From the NCBI GenBank assembly GCA_002104945.1, contig MCFH01000050.1, positions 310,001 through 374,000 of the forward strand: a DNA stretch of 64,000 bases, given 5' to 3'. Positions 12,834 through 26,301 of this stretch are shown piece after piece (the first letter of the stretch is position 1; each line of letters opens with the position of its first letter). Origin of the DNA: Piromyces finnis finn (Eukaryota > Fungi > Neocallimastigomycota). Position numbers and translations under genes: made by a program. Under the pieces are notes generated by a model, which saw only the letters and a list, made by a program, of their open reading frames with translations, did not search any database and was not told the origin of the DNA.

Positions 12834-13259
12834 TGAAATAACAAAAAGGTGGGGATGCTTCCACTGTTAGTCTTTCGGAACTTCAAACTGAAGAAGAAAA
12901 ATTAATTAATGAAAATAAAAAAAGGATTTTTAATGAAAAACAAAATTCAAACAAGCAAATGAAACTAGATAATGGTAAAATCATTAAAACAAAATAAAAT
13001 AATTATTTAAAAAAAAAAAAAGATAGAAAATAATCTATATAAATATTTGAATAATATATAAATTTATATTATATTTCTGTTCAACTTAAAATACCTTTTT
13101 TCTAAAAAAAAAAAAAAAAATAATAATAATAATATAAAAGAAAATATTTTAAGAGGTCGATTAAATTATGACAAATTAGGTGTATTAAGAACTAAACCAG
13201 GTATAATTTAATGTTTTATATATATATATAAAAAGAGGAAGAAGAAAGAGAGAAGTAAA

Positions 13260-13291
<32 letters not shown>

Positions 13292-13580
13292 TAGATAAAT
13301 AAATAATAGTAATATAAATATGACATAAAAGGAATAATTATTTACATAAAAAATATATAATATTATTAAAATAACATAGGAAGAATTGATGCCGATCCTA
13401 CCCTTTCAATGTCTTGTAGTGATAAAATTTTGAAATGGACATTTTTAGGAATTGAAGGTTCATTATTAATGTACTTTTTAGAAAAACCTATATATTTGTC
13501 ATCAGTGACAGTAGAAGATATGTATGATGAAGTATCATTGAATCGTGCATTAATAACGAGAGTTGATGATGTTAAAGGCA

Positions 13581-13662
<82 letters not shown>

Positions 13663-14572
13663 TATTTTTATTTTTTTCTTTTTTTTTCAATATTACTAAA
13701 AATACAAAAAGAATTGCCATTACCATTTGAACGAAACAAACCAGATATTTGGAAAAGTTCGCAATATTTATTTCCATATACCAAAAGATATATTGAAGAA
13801 AAAAATAAGGAAAAAGCATCATCACAGATTAAAGATTTATCTAATAAAAAAAAGAAAAGGAACAGGGTAAAAGCAGATGATAAAGGTAAAGAATTTCAAG
13901 TAATAATAATAATTCATATAACCAATAAACTTTTTGAATTTATAAAATAAAATGAAATAAAAAAAAAAAAACTCTTAACATAGCTCTTTATTGGAATAAA
14001 GTGATGAATCAACCAGAAGTTATTATTAATGGTAGAAAACAAGGAGCAAGCCCAAAAAATGGAATTTATAATAAGAAAACATGGTAAAATAGGAAATAAT
14101 AATAAGGATAATAAATTTTTTTTTATACAATTCAAAAGAAAAAAAAAATTCTAATTTTTTTTATTATATTTTTTATTTTTTATATATCAAAAAAAAAAAA
14201 AAAAAAAAAAAAAGGAGTGATTTATGCAAGTATAAAATGTTTGAACAGTTTTTTAAAACTTATCATTATGTATTACAATATCAGCAGAAGCAACAACAAC
14301 AACAACAACAAATAACAAACAAACAAGAAAATTTAACGAATTTTTTGATAAAGGATAAGTTGGAACAAAAAAGTTATCAAGAATTTAAAAATGAATCAAA
14401 AACGTACAAGAAAGCTAAAGATTTTCTTTTTTATGGAAAAGAAAATAATTCCCAAAATAAAATAAAGAATGGAGAAGAGCCAAAATCTACATCTCTTCCT
14501 AAAAAAGGAATATTAAATGGTTGGACTGAAAAACCTCATGGTTTTCAAGATTTTAAACTTGATTTCTCATAA
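11756..14572 (+). CDS. ADAT1: tRNA-specific adenosine deaminase 1 (A37 to I37 of tRNA-Ala); 8 exons, one intron GC-AG
   Basis: Exons 11756-12051, 12562-12689, 12849-12974, 13141-13200, 13380-13577, 13712-13885, 13984-14083 and 14215-14572 join in frame. Motifs are LSTGMKC, NDSHAEVLSRRAF (Zn His and catalytic Glu), FHLYISQSPCGDAS, LRTKPGR, LSMSCSDKILKW, NGRKQG and WTEKP. Confidence 0.92.
13581..13661. repeat. (AAT)n microsatellite, about 27 units, inside the ADAT1 GC-AG intron
   Basis: Read directly from the sequence. Confidence 0.95.
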
Positions 14573-15052
14573 AATATTTAATAATATTTGTAAAAAAAAA
14601 AAAAAAAGTCCTACTTTATGAAGTTCACAAATAGAAAATACTCTAATATTAAATATAAATATGGATATAAAATGCATATGTCTATATTTTGTCTGAATTT
14701 TGATATTTTTGATATAATGTTATTTTATATTGAACTTTATATATTCTTTATCATTTATTTTAAAATTAATATATGTATATTTATCTTAAATGAATGATGT
14801 AATATTATATTATTATATATAATATCATATATAATATTTTAAATAGAGATAGATAAAATAAAAGATCAGTTTAATATAATTTTTTTTAAAGAAAAATATC
14901 AATACATTATTAAAAATGATTTTTTATATTTTAAATATTCTTTATTTTTCATTGTATTTAAAATATTTAGATTTTACAATTTAAATATATATATATTATA
15001 TTATATTATATAAATATTTATTTATTTTTTTGCTTTTTGCTTTTTGCTTTTT

Positions 15053-15090
<38 letters not shown>

Positions 15091-16457
15091 TTTTTCGTTT
15101 TTTTCGTTTTTTCGTTTTTGTATTGTTTTAAATAAAAAAAAATGTTATTCTATAAATAATTAATAATGTGATTACAAATAATTATATATATAATTATAGT
15201 TTTTGTCATTTTTATAAAAAAAAGGCTATAATTTTTTTTAATATTTTTCACTTTGTTTTATTTTGACTTAAATCTCTTTCATTTTAATAGCTTTTTTTGT
15301 TTTTAGTTTTGTTTTTATTTTTTTATAAAATAAATATATTTATATTTTATTTGTTTGTTTGTTCATTGAAATATAAATATATTAAAGATCTTTAGTTTGA
15401 ATTGATTTTATTATTATTTTATGGTTTCTTTGTATTATTGTTTTATTTTTTGTTTTGTTTTCTTGATAAAATTAATTTCATTATTTATTATGCTACAATT
15501 AATTACTTATTAATTATAACACGATTTTCTTTAATCTTAATTATATATATATATATATATGTTTTTTTTTTTATATAATTTTTTATTCTATAAAATAAAA
15601 AACATAAAGATTAAAGAAAAAATAAATAATAAATTTATTTTATTTTTTCTTTCAAGTGATTAATGAAATTCTATACATGATAAATATAATGATTTTCATT
15701 ATATTTACTATAATTATAAACTATATATTTTTCTTTTTAATATTTGTAATTTTTTTTTTCAATGAAATAAAAAAAGGAAACAAAAATTACTAAATAAAGG
15801 AAAAAAAATATATATATTTTCATATGAAAAAAAAAAGAATTACAAATATAAATTGAGAAAATTTTTGGGAAAAAATTTTTGATGCCATTTGAAACAAAAA
15901 CTTTTGTTTGCTTGTTTTTTTTTTGTATTAATTTTCAATTGATAATATTATTTACAATATAGTTGGATACATTTTTAAGTAGTTATATTGGGTTTCTAAT
16001 ATCAATTAGTATTATAATACTTTTGAAATTATTATATATACTATATTTTGTTTTATTTTATCACATTATTTTGATTTATTTTCCTTTTTTTTTTTTTTTT
16101 TTTTTTAATTATTGAAAAAAAAATATTAATAATATTTAATATTTAAATATATATTGTTTTTTTTTTTTTTTTATTGGGTTTTTGAATTTTTGATATATTG
16201 ATAAGATATTCTGATTTTTTTTTTTTAAAAAAAAAAAAAAAACATATAAAATTTATCATCAAATTACTTTAAATTTTGATTTTGTATTGTAAATTGATAT
16301 TGTTTGTTATTATTGTATTAGAATATGATAGCATTGAAAATAAAAAAAATAAAATATTAATGTAATAATGGATTTAGGTTTAAAGCGATCGTTTGTATTA
16401 AAATTCTTATGATTTATTTTTTTAAAAAAAAAATAAAAAAAAAAAAGAAAATCAACA

Positions 16458-18654
16458 TTAATATACATCAATTTTCTTTTTTGCCATTAACCAAACTTCT
16501 TTACACCATCTTGTAATACTATCTCTTTTCTTTTTATGGACTTCTGGAATAACATAACCTTCACTTCCTTGTAAAATCCAATCAAACATACCATCATCGA
16601 CTTCATTTATATTTTCTAAAACTTTATCAAATAAACTAATTAAGTAATTATAATTTGGAGTTTCAGTAAATCCAAGATTTCTTACATATCTTAAATAAGC
16701 TTCAAATTGTTTTGGATAGCCTTTACAAAGTTTATCAATTGAAGTTTTTGATTTTTTTGCCCAAATTTTACTAATTAATTCTTCCATTGTATCAGCTTTA
16801 TAACCTTGCCATGGTAATCTTCCATGACAAAGGAAATATATTAATACATAACCAATAGATTCTAAATCATCTCTTCTTGATTGTTGTTCACACATATGTG
16901 TATTTCTACTCATAAATCTTGGTGTACCACAAGGAAAACGTAGACTTCTTGGTTTATGTACATTAGTTTTCATATCACGATAGTATTCAGCAAGACCAAA
17001 ATCCATAATATAAATTTGACTAGCAGCTTTTACTTGATGAGGTAAAAGTAATGGATCATCATGATCAACAATTGAATTTGAACGACCAAAAGATTGAAGA
17101 CTGCCTTTCTCCTTATTTGATGGTGGTTCAATCAATGAATAAACTGAATTATTTCTAGAATGCTTATAAAATGAATTGGATTTGGTTAAATCATTAGTAT
17201 TACTAAATTTCTTTTCAAATTCACTAAAATTTGGTTTAGAACCATCGCTTGATCCACTTAAACGAACAGAGGCAACAGAAAGATTTTTATTTAATTCATA
17301 ATGGGTAGCACTAGCATTTATAGGTGTGGGTTCAATAGCCCCTGGTATATTCCCAATTAAAAAGTTTTCTGGTTTAATATCTCTAAATATTACACCTCTA
17401 TTATGTACAGCTCTTATTAGAGAAACCTATTATATAAATTGATTTAATGTATTATTAATTTATATTATAAATATTATATTGATGAATTATATTTTTGATA
17501 ATATCAATAGTGAATTAAAAAAAATAAGAATTCATTTGTATACTATATAAAAAAAATAATTTTTAAACTATATTTACCATTCTTTTTCCTATCATACAAA
17601 CAGTTTTTAGTGAAAATCTCTTATTACAATATTTAAAAAGCCATTCTAATGATGGACCTAAATATTCCATAACAATGATAACATCTTCATTCTTTTTACA
17701 AATTTCATATATTCTTGGGATACCAGCTATTAATAATAAAATGGTTATAAAAGGGATAAAAGGTTAATAAAATTCTTATTTTATCATAAAATTTAGCTTT
17801 TAAATATTTGAATGTTCCATATTCATTTAAATAATTTAGATTCATATTAAGATTTTTTTTTTTGAATTACAAAGGTATCGCAAATGAATTTCACCGATTA
17901 TTTTTTTAATTTCTAAATTTTTTATTTTATATTTTGTCACACACATAAATATAATTTATTTAGGTTACACGAACATTATTAATTAATTTGATTTTTAATT
18001 TTTTTTCTATTGAATTTGTATTAGTATTACTTTTATCACTGATCATTGGTATTTTATATAGTATTGTTCATTCAATTGTTCATTTTTTTTTTTGGTAAAT
18101 TTTTACCAGAATTACTATTTAATTGTTAAAATCATTAAAAATGTTTATAATACTATCTAAAAATTTGAATTTTATGGTTTCAATATGTTACTACCATTAG
18201 GTGTTTTATTTCACAATTAAACCATATTCAAGTATTCAAATAATAAAAAAAATTTATAATATATTATGTATAAAAAAATAAAAAAAATAGATATTTACGT
18301 ATTCCCTCCAATGATTTATACATAGAATATTCATGTTGTAAATGAGTACTTCCACTATGAGTATATTCAATCTTCATAGCTACTTGTTGTCCATTATCAA
18401 GATTAACACCTAAAAATATTTTATTTATATTTATTATTTAATTAAATATATGTTTAAGTATTTTATTTTAATTTATTATTAAGATTATTATAATATATTA
18501 ATTTCTGGGTAAAAAAAATTTTTTTAGCTCTTTTACCTGAAAAAATTCTTGCTGAAGAACCTTTTCCTATTAATTTTCCAACTCTATACCTGTGATATTT
18601 TCCTTCCAATATTTGACCTTCAGTCAAAAGTGTTGAATCATTGAATACAACCAT
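16458..18654 (-). CDS. Casein kinase I family kinase (Yck/CK1-gamma-like) with a large kinase-domain insertion; 4 exons
   Basis: Exons 18654-18537, 18409-18299, 17726-17578 and 17426-16458 join in frame. Motifs are VAMKIE, VMEYLGPSLE, RFSLKTV, IFRDIKPENFLIG, IYIMDFGLA, GTPRFMSRNTH, EQQSRRDDLESIGYV, LPWQG and Y..YVRNLGFTETPNYNYL. Confidence 0.92.
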
Positions 18655-20976
18655 TTTTATAGATTATTCTTTATTGATGATAAGATTTAAATTATAAAAT
18701 GTTAAGAGATTGATTGTATTTATTTTGAGATTTTATTTGGAAATTATAGATTTTAATAATTTAAAAGGTTTAATTGTTTATTCTTTGTAAAGTATTAGTT
18801 GAAAATTTCATTCAACTGAATGATGAAATGTTAAGATATTGTTATTTTTTAATCTTTACTCGAAATTGTCTATTATGTAAAATTTTTCTATATGCTAAAT
18901 AAACATTTATAAAAATAAAAAAATATATAATTTTTTAATTAAAAAAGAATTTAAATTTATAAAAAGTCTTCAATACTTTTTAACTATGTTATTTGTATCT
19001 TGAATATATATAAAAAGTTTTCTTTTTTCTTTTCATTAAATACCTTAAATTATTTTAATGATAAAAACAATACTAAAGAAGAATGACAAATCATAAATAT
19101 CATAATACTATTTATAAATTTATAATATTATTAAAAGATTGTTATAGTTAATATTACAAAGTAGTATATAATTAAACAAGAATTTTTGTTTTTATTTTTT
19201 GGATTTTAAAAATATATAAATAAAAATTAAAAAATATATTATTTTTCTAATTTTTTAAAAATTTTATATATTTTTTATAATTTTAAAAAAAATACCTTAT
19301 TGAATTAAAAGAAATGTTTTTTCTTTGTCGATTTCCTCTTTAGAATTATTTTTATTTAAATATTTAATACTTAAAATGTTACGATGATTATTAGTATTTG
19401 TTATTTAAAATTGTATGATATTTTGTTAAAGTTAAGTGAATTCTTAAATTATTTATTTTATATCTTCTTTTTTTTTTAAAATACATTAAATAAATGTATA
19501 AAAAGAATATTATATGAATAACATTTATCCTTTTGATTTTATAAATTAGAAGGTTACTTCTCTTTATTTCTTCAATTAAAAATAAGGAAAAAAATTAAAC
19601 ATAAAAAAAAAAATGTTTAAAAGGACGAAAAAAAATTATAGAGGACAAAAAGCTTATTATATATATTAAAAAAATATTATTATTTATATTAAATGATAAT
19701 ACTAATTAAAAAAAAATAATAAATTTTTTAAAAAAATACAAATTAAAAATAATAATAATAATAATTAAAGGAAATGACTATTCTAATCCTTATTATAAAA
19801 ATAAATGAATAAGTAAATAAAGCAATATGTTTAAGGGTTAAGGTTAGAAAGAAAACTAAATGTAATAATTATAAATTTTTAAAAATGTTATATATTAAAT
19901 AATTATTAACAAAATAATTTATCATTTTAATAAGAATTAAACTTTTATTAATTTAAATTAAATTGTTACTGCTTAGATGATCTAATTCCTATATAAAACA
20001 ATATATTTTATTATATTAATATATTATATTAAAATATGAAAAATATGATAGTAGACTATATATTTCAATAATAATGATAATTTATTTTAATATATGGAAA
20101 TAGAAATGATTTATTTATGATTTATTTATTAATTATTTTATATATTTACAATAAAAAGAATGATATAGTTATAATTTATTTTAAATAATATGCAAACAAT
20201 ACATTTTAATATAGTTATTAATTGTTTTATAATATATATTAAATATATTAATAATATATAATGTTTTTATATAATTAATTACTTTATGAAAAAGTAAAAA
20301 AGAAAACATAATTTACAGAAATTATTTAAAATAACAAAGTTTATTTATTAAATTTTAAATGTCGCCTTTCATAATACATATATTAATATATTAATATAAA
20401 ACATTTAATATAAATAATATATTGAAAATAATATATTTTATATATCTTTATATCAAAACTATCTAAATATATAATAAATTAAATTGTTTTAATTTAAGAT
20501 TACACAAATAAACTAAAATATATAAGATAATATATTGAATATAATTAAAATATTTTACATTAACATATATTGAAATATATAACTATATATAAAAAATAGT
20601 ATGATTTTTTATAATTTTCATTTTTTTTAATTAAATTTTAATAATTATAAAGTGTTGGATAGTTAATGACTTGCTTATGATATGATTTACCTTTTTGCAT
20701 TTATTGCTGTTGTATTTATTATTTTGTAAAGAGATGATAATAAATATATAAAAGCTTCAAAAATAAGATATTCAACTATATTATGTGTGCAATGGAAGAT
20801 AAGGACTAATAAATTAGACAAATTATACAAATTATACTACGAAGAAAAAATAATAAAATTAAAGTAATCACTGAATTTTTCATCTTTAGGGATGATTTAA
20901 CTTTTGGCTTAGATTCTATTTTAAAATTGATTTTTAATATAAAAAACATAATTAAGTCTATAAATTAAAAAAATAT

Positions 20977-21020
<44 letters not shown>

Positions 21021-23378
21021 TAATCAATTAATAAAATAATACCTTTAACAATCATCTTTATCAATTAATGAAAAGAGTGATAAATTAGAATAAGAAATGA
21101 ATTAAGATGTAATTCATTATCACAAAGAATTGTTATGATTTTACATGATAAAAATTATTTTATATTTAATATTAATAATAAAATAATGCATTGTAATAAT
21201 TATTGCTATTATTATTATTCTTTGATTTTATTTTAAGTATAATACAATTAGACCTTTTTAATAATTTTTTTTTTCTCTTTCCTTTTTCATTTAAAAAAAA
21301 AAATAAAATTTATATTTTATATAAAAAAAAATATTTTTTAGTATTTAAAAATTCACCATTTTAAAAATAAAATATTACCATAAATAGTATTATATATAGG
21401 GAAAAAAGTTTCTTTAATGCCTAGAAACTAAAAATTACAATTTTATATCTAAATTTTTTTTTATATGAAGATAAATAAAACCAATATAATAATTATAAAA
21501 AAAAAGATGGTTTAAGTTATTTTCATTTACCAAGTATTAATAAAAGAAAAAAGAAATGAAAAGTATTTTACCAAATCTAGTGTTTTTCTTTTCCTGTTTT
21601 TTTTATCGTGTAATAAGGGTATAATAATTTCTTTAGTTTATTTTATGGTAGTAGTGGAAGGTGGTATGATATTTTTTAAATTTTTTTAATTATATAGTGA
21701 CAACAAACATATTATCTTAACTCTAATTTTTAATATTTTGTACTAGTTAATAAACATTGATTAGTTAAATTAATTAATTTAAAATTTAATTTAAATAACC
21801 AAAAAAATAATATTATGTATATAAAACTTTCTATATTTGGTATTATTAATAATTTTATTTAATTAATATCATTTTAAAATTTATTCAATATATATTAATA
21901 TGTAAAAGTATAAAAATATTAAATTTACTCATTTTGGTAGGTGAAATAGACTATTATAATATATAATAAAATATTATAAATTGATAAGTAAATAAATAAA
22001 TAAATAAAAATGTATATTCAAGCCAAAGTTTATTATTTATTAATAATTAAATAAATTAAGACTATTAATATTATATTAATATTATTGTGTTTGGTGGTTA
22101 AAAATTAATTTTGACCATATGATTTTAAGGTAAAAGGTAATAAGTTTAAATATCAAATAATGAATAAAATAAAAAAAATATAATATGTAAGAGTATATAT
22201 GGAGATTATATATATAACATAAATATAAAAACAAAGCCTATATATAGACTAGGATGAAACATCAACTACAAATAACAATAATAACAATGGTGTTTTTTTT
22301 TTAATATTCTTTGATATTATATATTTATATGTTTTATTCAAACTAATCTACACAACAAAACTTTAAAAAGTTTAACAAATAAAAGAAATAAATAACAAAC
22401 AATTATCAAGAGATAAATATACTTTTTTTTTTTGAAAATATTAGAGCTTTCATGAATTTTAAATTGAATTAAATCTTTATTAGAATCCTATTATGTTTAG
22501 CGGGCATTTTCATTATAGTATAAAATTGTTTAATTATTTAAATAATAAAAACAATTATTTAATTATCATTATTTATCGTTTTTAAATTTTCATGTTTCCC
22601 TTCCATACGTGCTTCATTTATTTCATAATAACCATAAGAATACTAAGATATTATAAATTAATTTATAAATACAGAATATTTAAACTTTTTTTAAACTTTT
22701 AATAATAAAATAGGTATGACTATTATTAAATAATATTTTGAAACAAATAAATTTTTTTAAAAATTTTAATCCTACACACGTACAATTCTTTACATGAGTT
22801 TTTTTTTTAAAAAAAAATTATGGAATATTCTTTAACTTTTATTTTTTGAAATGGAATCATTTGAAATTAAGTTTTTTTTTTGTATAATAAATACTAGTTC
22901 TTTATTTAACTTTTTTAAATTAATTTTGAAAAGAAGCTCTTTCAACTACTTTATATAAAATAATTTATTTATAATTTTGTTTCAACTAAAAATTACTAAA
23001 AGAGAGATTAAATAAAAAGCTTTAATTCTGTTTAAATAAAAATAAAAAATAAATTAATTAAAAAAAATTTTTTTCTACCGTTTGATTAATAATAATAATT
23101 CAAAAAATGAAAAATTATTATCAAATTTATATAATCATACAAAATAGAAATATTTTAAGAAATGAGATAAATAGTTATTAAGTAAATAATACTTCTTGTA
23201 TAATATACATAATATTATTGCTTAAAGTTATCCTTAATTTTTTTTATTCCATTTCAATATTAATTCAACCTGACTATATGCCTTTTCTTGATACCCTTAA
23301 ACATTTCATTAAATAAATAATATTTAACGGCAACAAAAAATTTTTCAACCTTTATTATAATAATTAAGGTTTCCTTTT

Positions 23379-23380
<2 letters not shown>

Positions 23381-23469
<89 letters not shown>
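23381..23469. repeat. (AAT)n microsatellite, about 29 units
   Basis: Read directly from the sequence. Confidence 0.95.
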
Positions 23470-23472
<3 letters not shown>

Positions 23473-24006
23473 CTATATAATTATTTGATTAATTATTGTA
23501 TGTATTATCTTTGTATTATTATTCTGTTAAATCAGTTTAACAGTGTATTTTAAAAATTTATGTGATTTAAATGTTTTTAAAATATTAATATTCTTATACT
23601 TATTTTATATCGAAAATAATAATCATAGAAGAATTATATTTAATTATTATACTGAATTATTAATTTTTGAATTTACCATATTTTATCTTAATAAAAAGTA
23701 TTAATTTTCGATCTATTTCATTTAAAAAATATAAAATACCGTTTAACTCTTCATTTCATAATGAAAATGTTATAATATAACAATATAATCACGGTTTCTA
23801 TAATTTATCATTAAAAATAATATAATTATTTAATACTTAAAAGATTACAAATTTATATTTTTAAATATATTTTTTATTTTTAACATTTTTTCTTTTTTTA
23901 AAATTTACAATTTTTATAAATTAAATACATTTTAATTTTTTCAAATATTTTTCTTTTTAAATTATATTATTTTTTTAATTATATTATATTCAACTGTGTG
24001 ATTTAT

Positions 24007-26301
24007 CTAACAGTTGGATGGAAGACCACACCAGTTACCATTTTCAACACCCCATTTACCGTCAGAATCAGTGTACCAAACTTCACTGCAGGAAGAACAG
24101 CACTTATAACCTTGAGCAATAACATTAGCGTTACATTTAGCAGCTGGAGTAGCAGCTCCACCACAACCACACCATTGACCATTTTCAACACCCCAATCAC
24201 CATCAGCATCTTGGTAAACAACTTGGCATCCAGACTTACAACACTTATAACCTTGGCTAATAATGGAAGCAGAGCATTTACCACTGCTACTACTGCTACC
24301 ATTGTTACCACTGCTACTACCGCCATTGGAGTAGTCACCTAAGTCGTAAATGGCAATAAGACCATTTGCAACTAAAATTTCAGTTTGACCCCAGAATCTG
24401 TGGTAAGTAAAGGTTGGTGGATTACCTCCGTTAAGGAAGTCTTCAACTTGAGCCCAATCTGGATCTTCCTTGTATTTTGGACGAATGTCAATGAAAGTAG
24501 CACCACTTTTAATGTTGGCACCTTGAGCATTCTTACCACTCCAGCCAGATGGAATGTAAGTTTCTTGAGCAAAGTTGGCGTAATCAAGACGTTCTTCAGT
24601 AGTAGCGTAACCAAGTTCATCTCTGTAGTTTTCAAGAGTTTCCATAACATTAACGGCAAGAGAAATACCTTCATCATCACCATCCTTCATTGAAACCCAT
24701 AATAAAGCCTTCATAATAGAGGCAAGAGTACCAAGATCAGTACCAGTGGCAGAAACTGTACCGTGGAGGGATCTGTTAAGGTTAGCTTTATTGAAGTTGG
24801 AGGACTTCCATTCATCTGGATTACCAGACCAAGCTAAGTTAGTGGCGTGGATAACTTCGTTACCACTGATTTGAACGTTGTCCTTAACCCATTTAGCCCA
24901 GTTTTGACAGACAAGTCCGGCTCTTTCATCACCAGAGAGGTAGTATAAGGAACAGACACGTTCCATACCCCAACCTTGCATACCAGTCCAATTGTTGGAT
25001 GGTGGATCATGGTAAACTGGTTGCCAATCGTACCACATACCATAGAAGGAAGTAATATCACTACTTGGTTGAGCATAGTGACCTTGCCATGAGTTAGTGG
25101 CACCACCAGCAATACAACCTTCTGGAGTTTGTAACCATCTGAATAATTCTAATTGACGATCTAAGGAAGTAGCCCAATCCTTGGCACCAGTAGCAGATTT
25201 TGGCTTGAAAGCAGATTGAGTAGAAAGAATCCAAGCAGCTAATGGAGATTGGTAACCACTGTGAGTATGGGATGAACCAATTCTCCAAGACCAATCACCT
25301 TGTAAACCTCCACCCCAAGCGAAGTACCAAGAAATAAGATAGTGAGCAGAGTTCTTACCAGAACCAGCAGAACATCTGTCATAACCAACACAGTTACCAA
25401 TCTTCTTGAAGTATTTATCGTAGTGAGCATAACGTAAGTAATCACCAAGCTTAGAGGCTTTCTTGGCAACAGAAGAAAGATCTTGGCCATCTTCATCAGC
25501 CCACATCCAACCGAAGTATGCGGCTTGGATAGCACGAGCATCAGCATCTGGAGCAGCAGTGTATCTCCATTGCTTTGCGTAGGAGTTATCTAAGGTGAAG
25601 AGATCTAAGAAACCATTCTTACCACCCCACTTCATGGTTTCCCAACATGGATGTGGAACAGTTTTCCAAGCAGATTCAGAAGCACCACGTTGGAAAGTGT
25701 TAATGAAGGATGGCTTAGACTTACCATCACCTTGTTGACCGTAACCGTACCAGTTATCACCATCAATAATCCAGTGCATGGCGTAGATATCCCAATTACC
25801 GTAGGCTTGGGAAAGTTCTTTAGCAATTGGATCTTCACCAACAACACCATTTACAAACTCAAGCTTGGCTGGATAATCATCGATATCATCACTTTCTGGA
25901 GCATATGTAGCTGGAGAGGAAGTATTGTACTTGCTCATACCTGGCTGATTCTTGCTATCTGGAATTAAGTGTTTTTCTAAGTATTCCCATGCAGTTTCAA
26001 CACCTGAATAATCACCAGTAAGTTTACCATTAACAGCTTCTAACCAAACCCAGAAGGAATAAGTTTCAGATACAGATTCGTGACCATGATCTGGAGCTTC
26101 AACCATAAGGGTTTCAATAGAGTGGTATGGAACATTTTCTGGTGAAAAGTATTCAGATTGGTAAGAACCATTACCAGTAATAATGTTGTAGTGGTCCATA
26201 GCACGTTCAGCGAATTTTTGAGAAGCAGCAGAACGTTTCATTGGAGCTGCCATAACAGTAGAAGCACCAAGAATAGCAATAGCAGATCTAATGGAAGGCA
26301 T
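24007..26301 (-). CDS. cel48A: Cellulosomal glycoside hydrolase family 48 cellobiohydrolase with two C-terminal fungal dockerins (764 aa)
   Basis: Signal peptide plus MKR propeptide site. GH48 motifs are VPYHSIETLMVEAPDHGHESVSE (acid Glu), INTFQRG, WRYTAAPDADARA (base Asp), EGCIAGGATNSW and YHRFWGQ. A Gly/Ser linker leads to two Cys-rich YKCC...WGVENGxWCG dockerins. The gene is intronless with strong high-expression codon bias. Confidence 0.97.
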   Translation of the reverse strand: MPSIRSAIAILGASTVMAAPMKRSAASQKFAERAMDHYNIITGNGSYQSEYFSPENVPYHSIETLMVEAPDHGHESVSETYSFWVWLEAVNGKLTGDYSGVETAWEYLEKHLIPDSKNQPGMSKYNTSSPATYAPESDDIDDYPAKLEFVNGVVGEDPIAKELSQAYGNWDIYAMHWIIDGDNWYGYGQQGDGKSKPSFINTFQRGASESAWKTVPHPCWETMKWGGKNGFLDLFTLDNSYAKQWRYTAAPDADARAIQAAYFGWMWADEDGQDLSSVAKKASKLGDYLRYAHYDKYFKKIGNCVGYDRCSAGSGKNSAHYLISWYFAWGGGLQGDWSWRIGSSHTHSGYQSPLAAWILSTQSAFKPKSATGAKDWATSLDRQLELFRWLQTPEGCIAGGATNSWQGHYAQPSSDITSFYGMWYDWQPVYHDPPSNNWTGMQGWGMERVCSLYYLSGDERAGLVCQNWAKWVKDNVQISGNEVIHATNLAWSGNPDEWKSSNFNKANLNRSLHGTVSATGTDLGTLASIMKALLWVSMKDGDDEGISLAVNVMETLENYRDELGYATTEERLDYANFAQETYIPSGWSGKNAQGANIKSGATFIDIRPKYKEDPDWAQVEDFLNGGNPPTFTYHRFWGQTEILVANGLIAIYDLGDYSNGGSSSGNNGSSSSSGKCSASIISQGYKCCKSGCQVVYQDADGDWGVENGQWCGCGGAATPAAKCNANVIAQGYKCCSSCSEVWYTDSDGKWGVENGNWCGLPSNC

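Noticed and set aside
23998-25968. Several overlapping and antisense ORFs across cel48
   Set aside because: They are shadows of the strong codon bias of the real gene and have no protein-like motifs.
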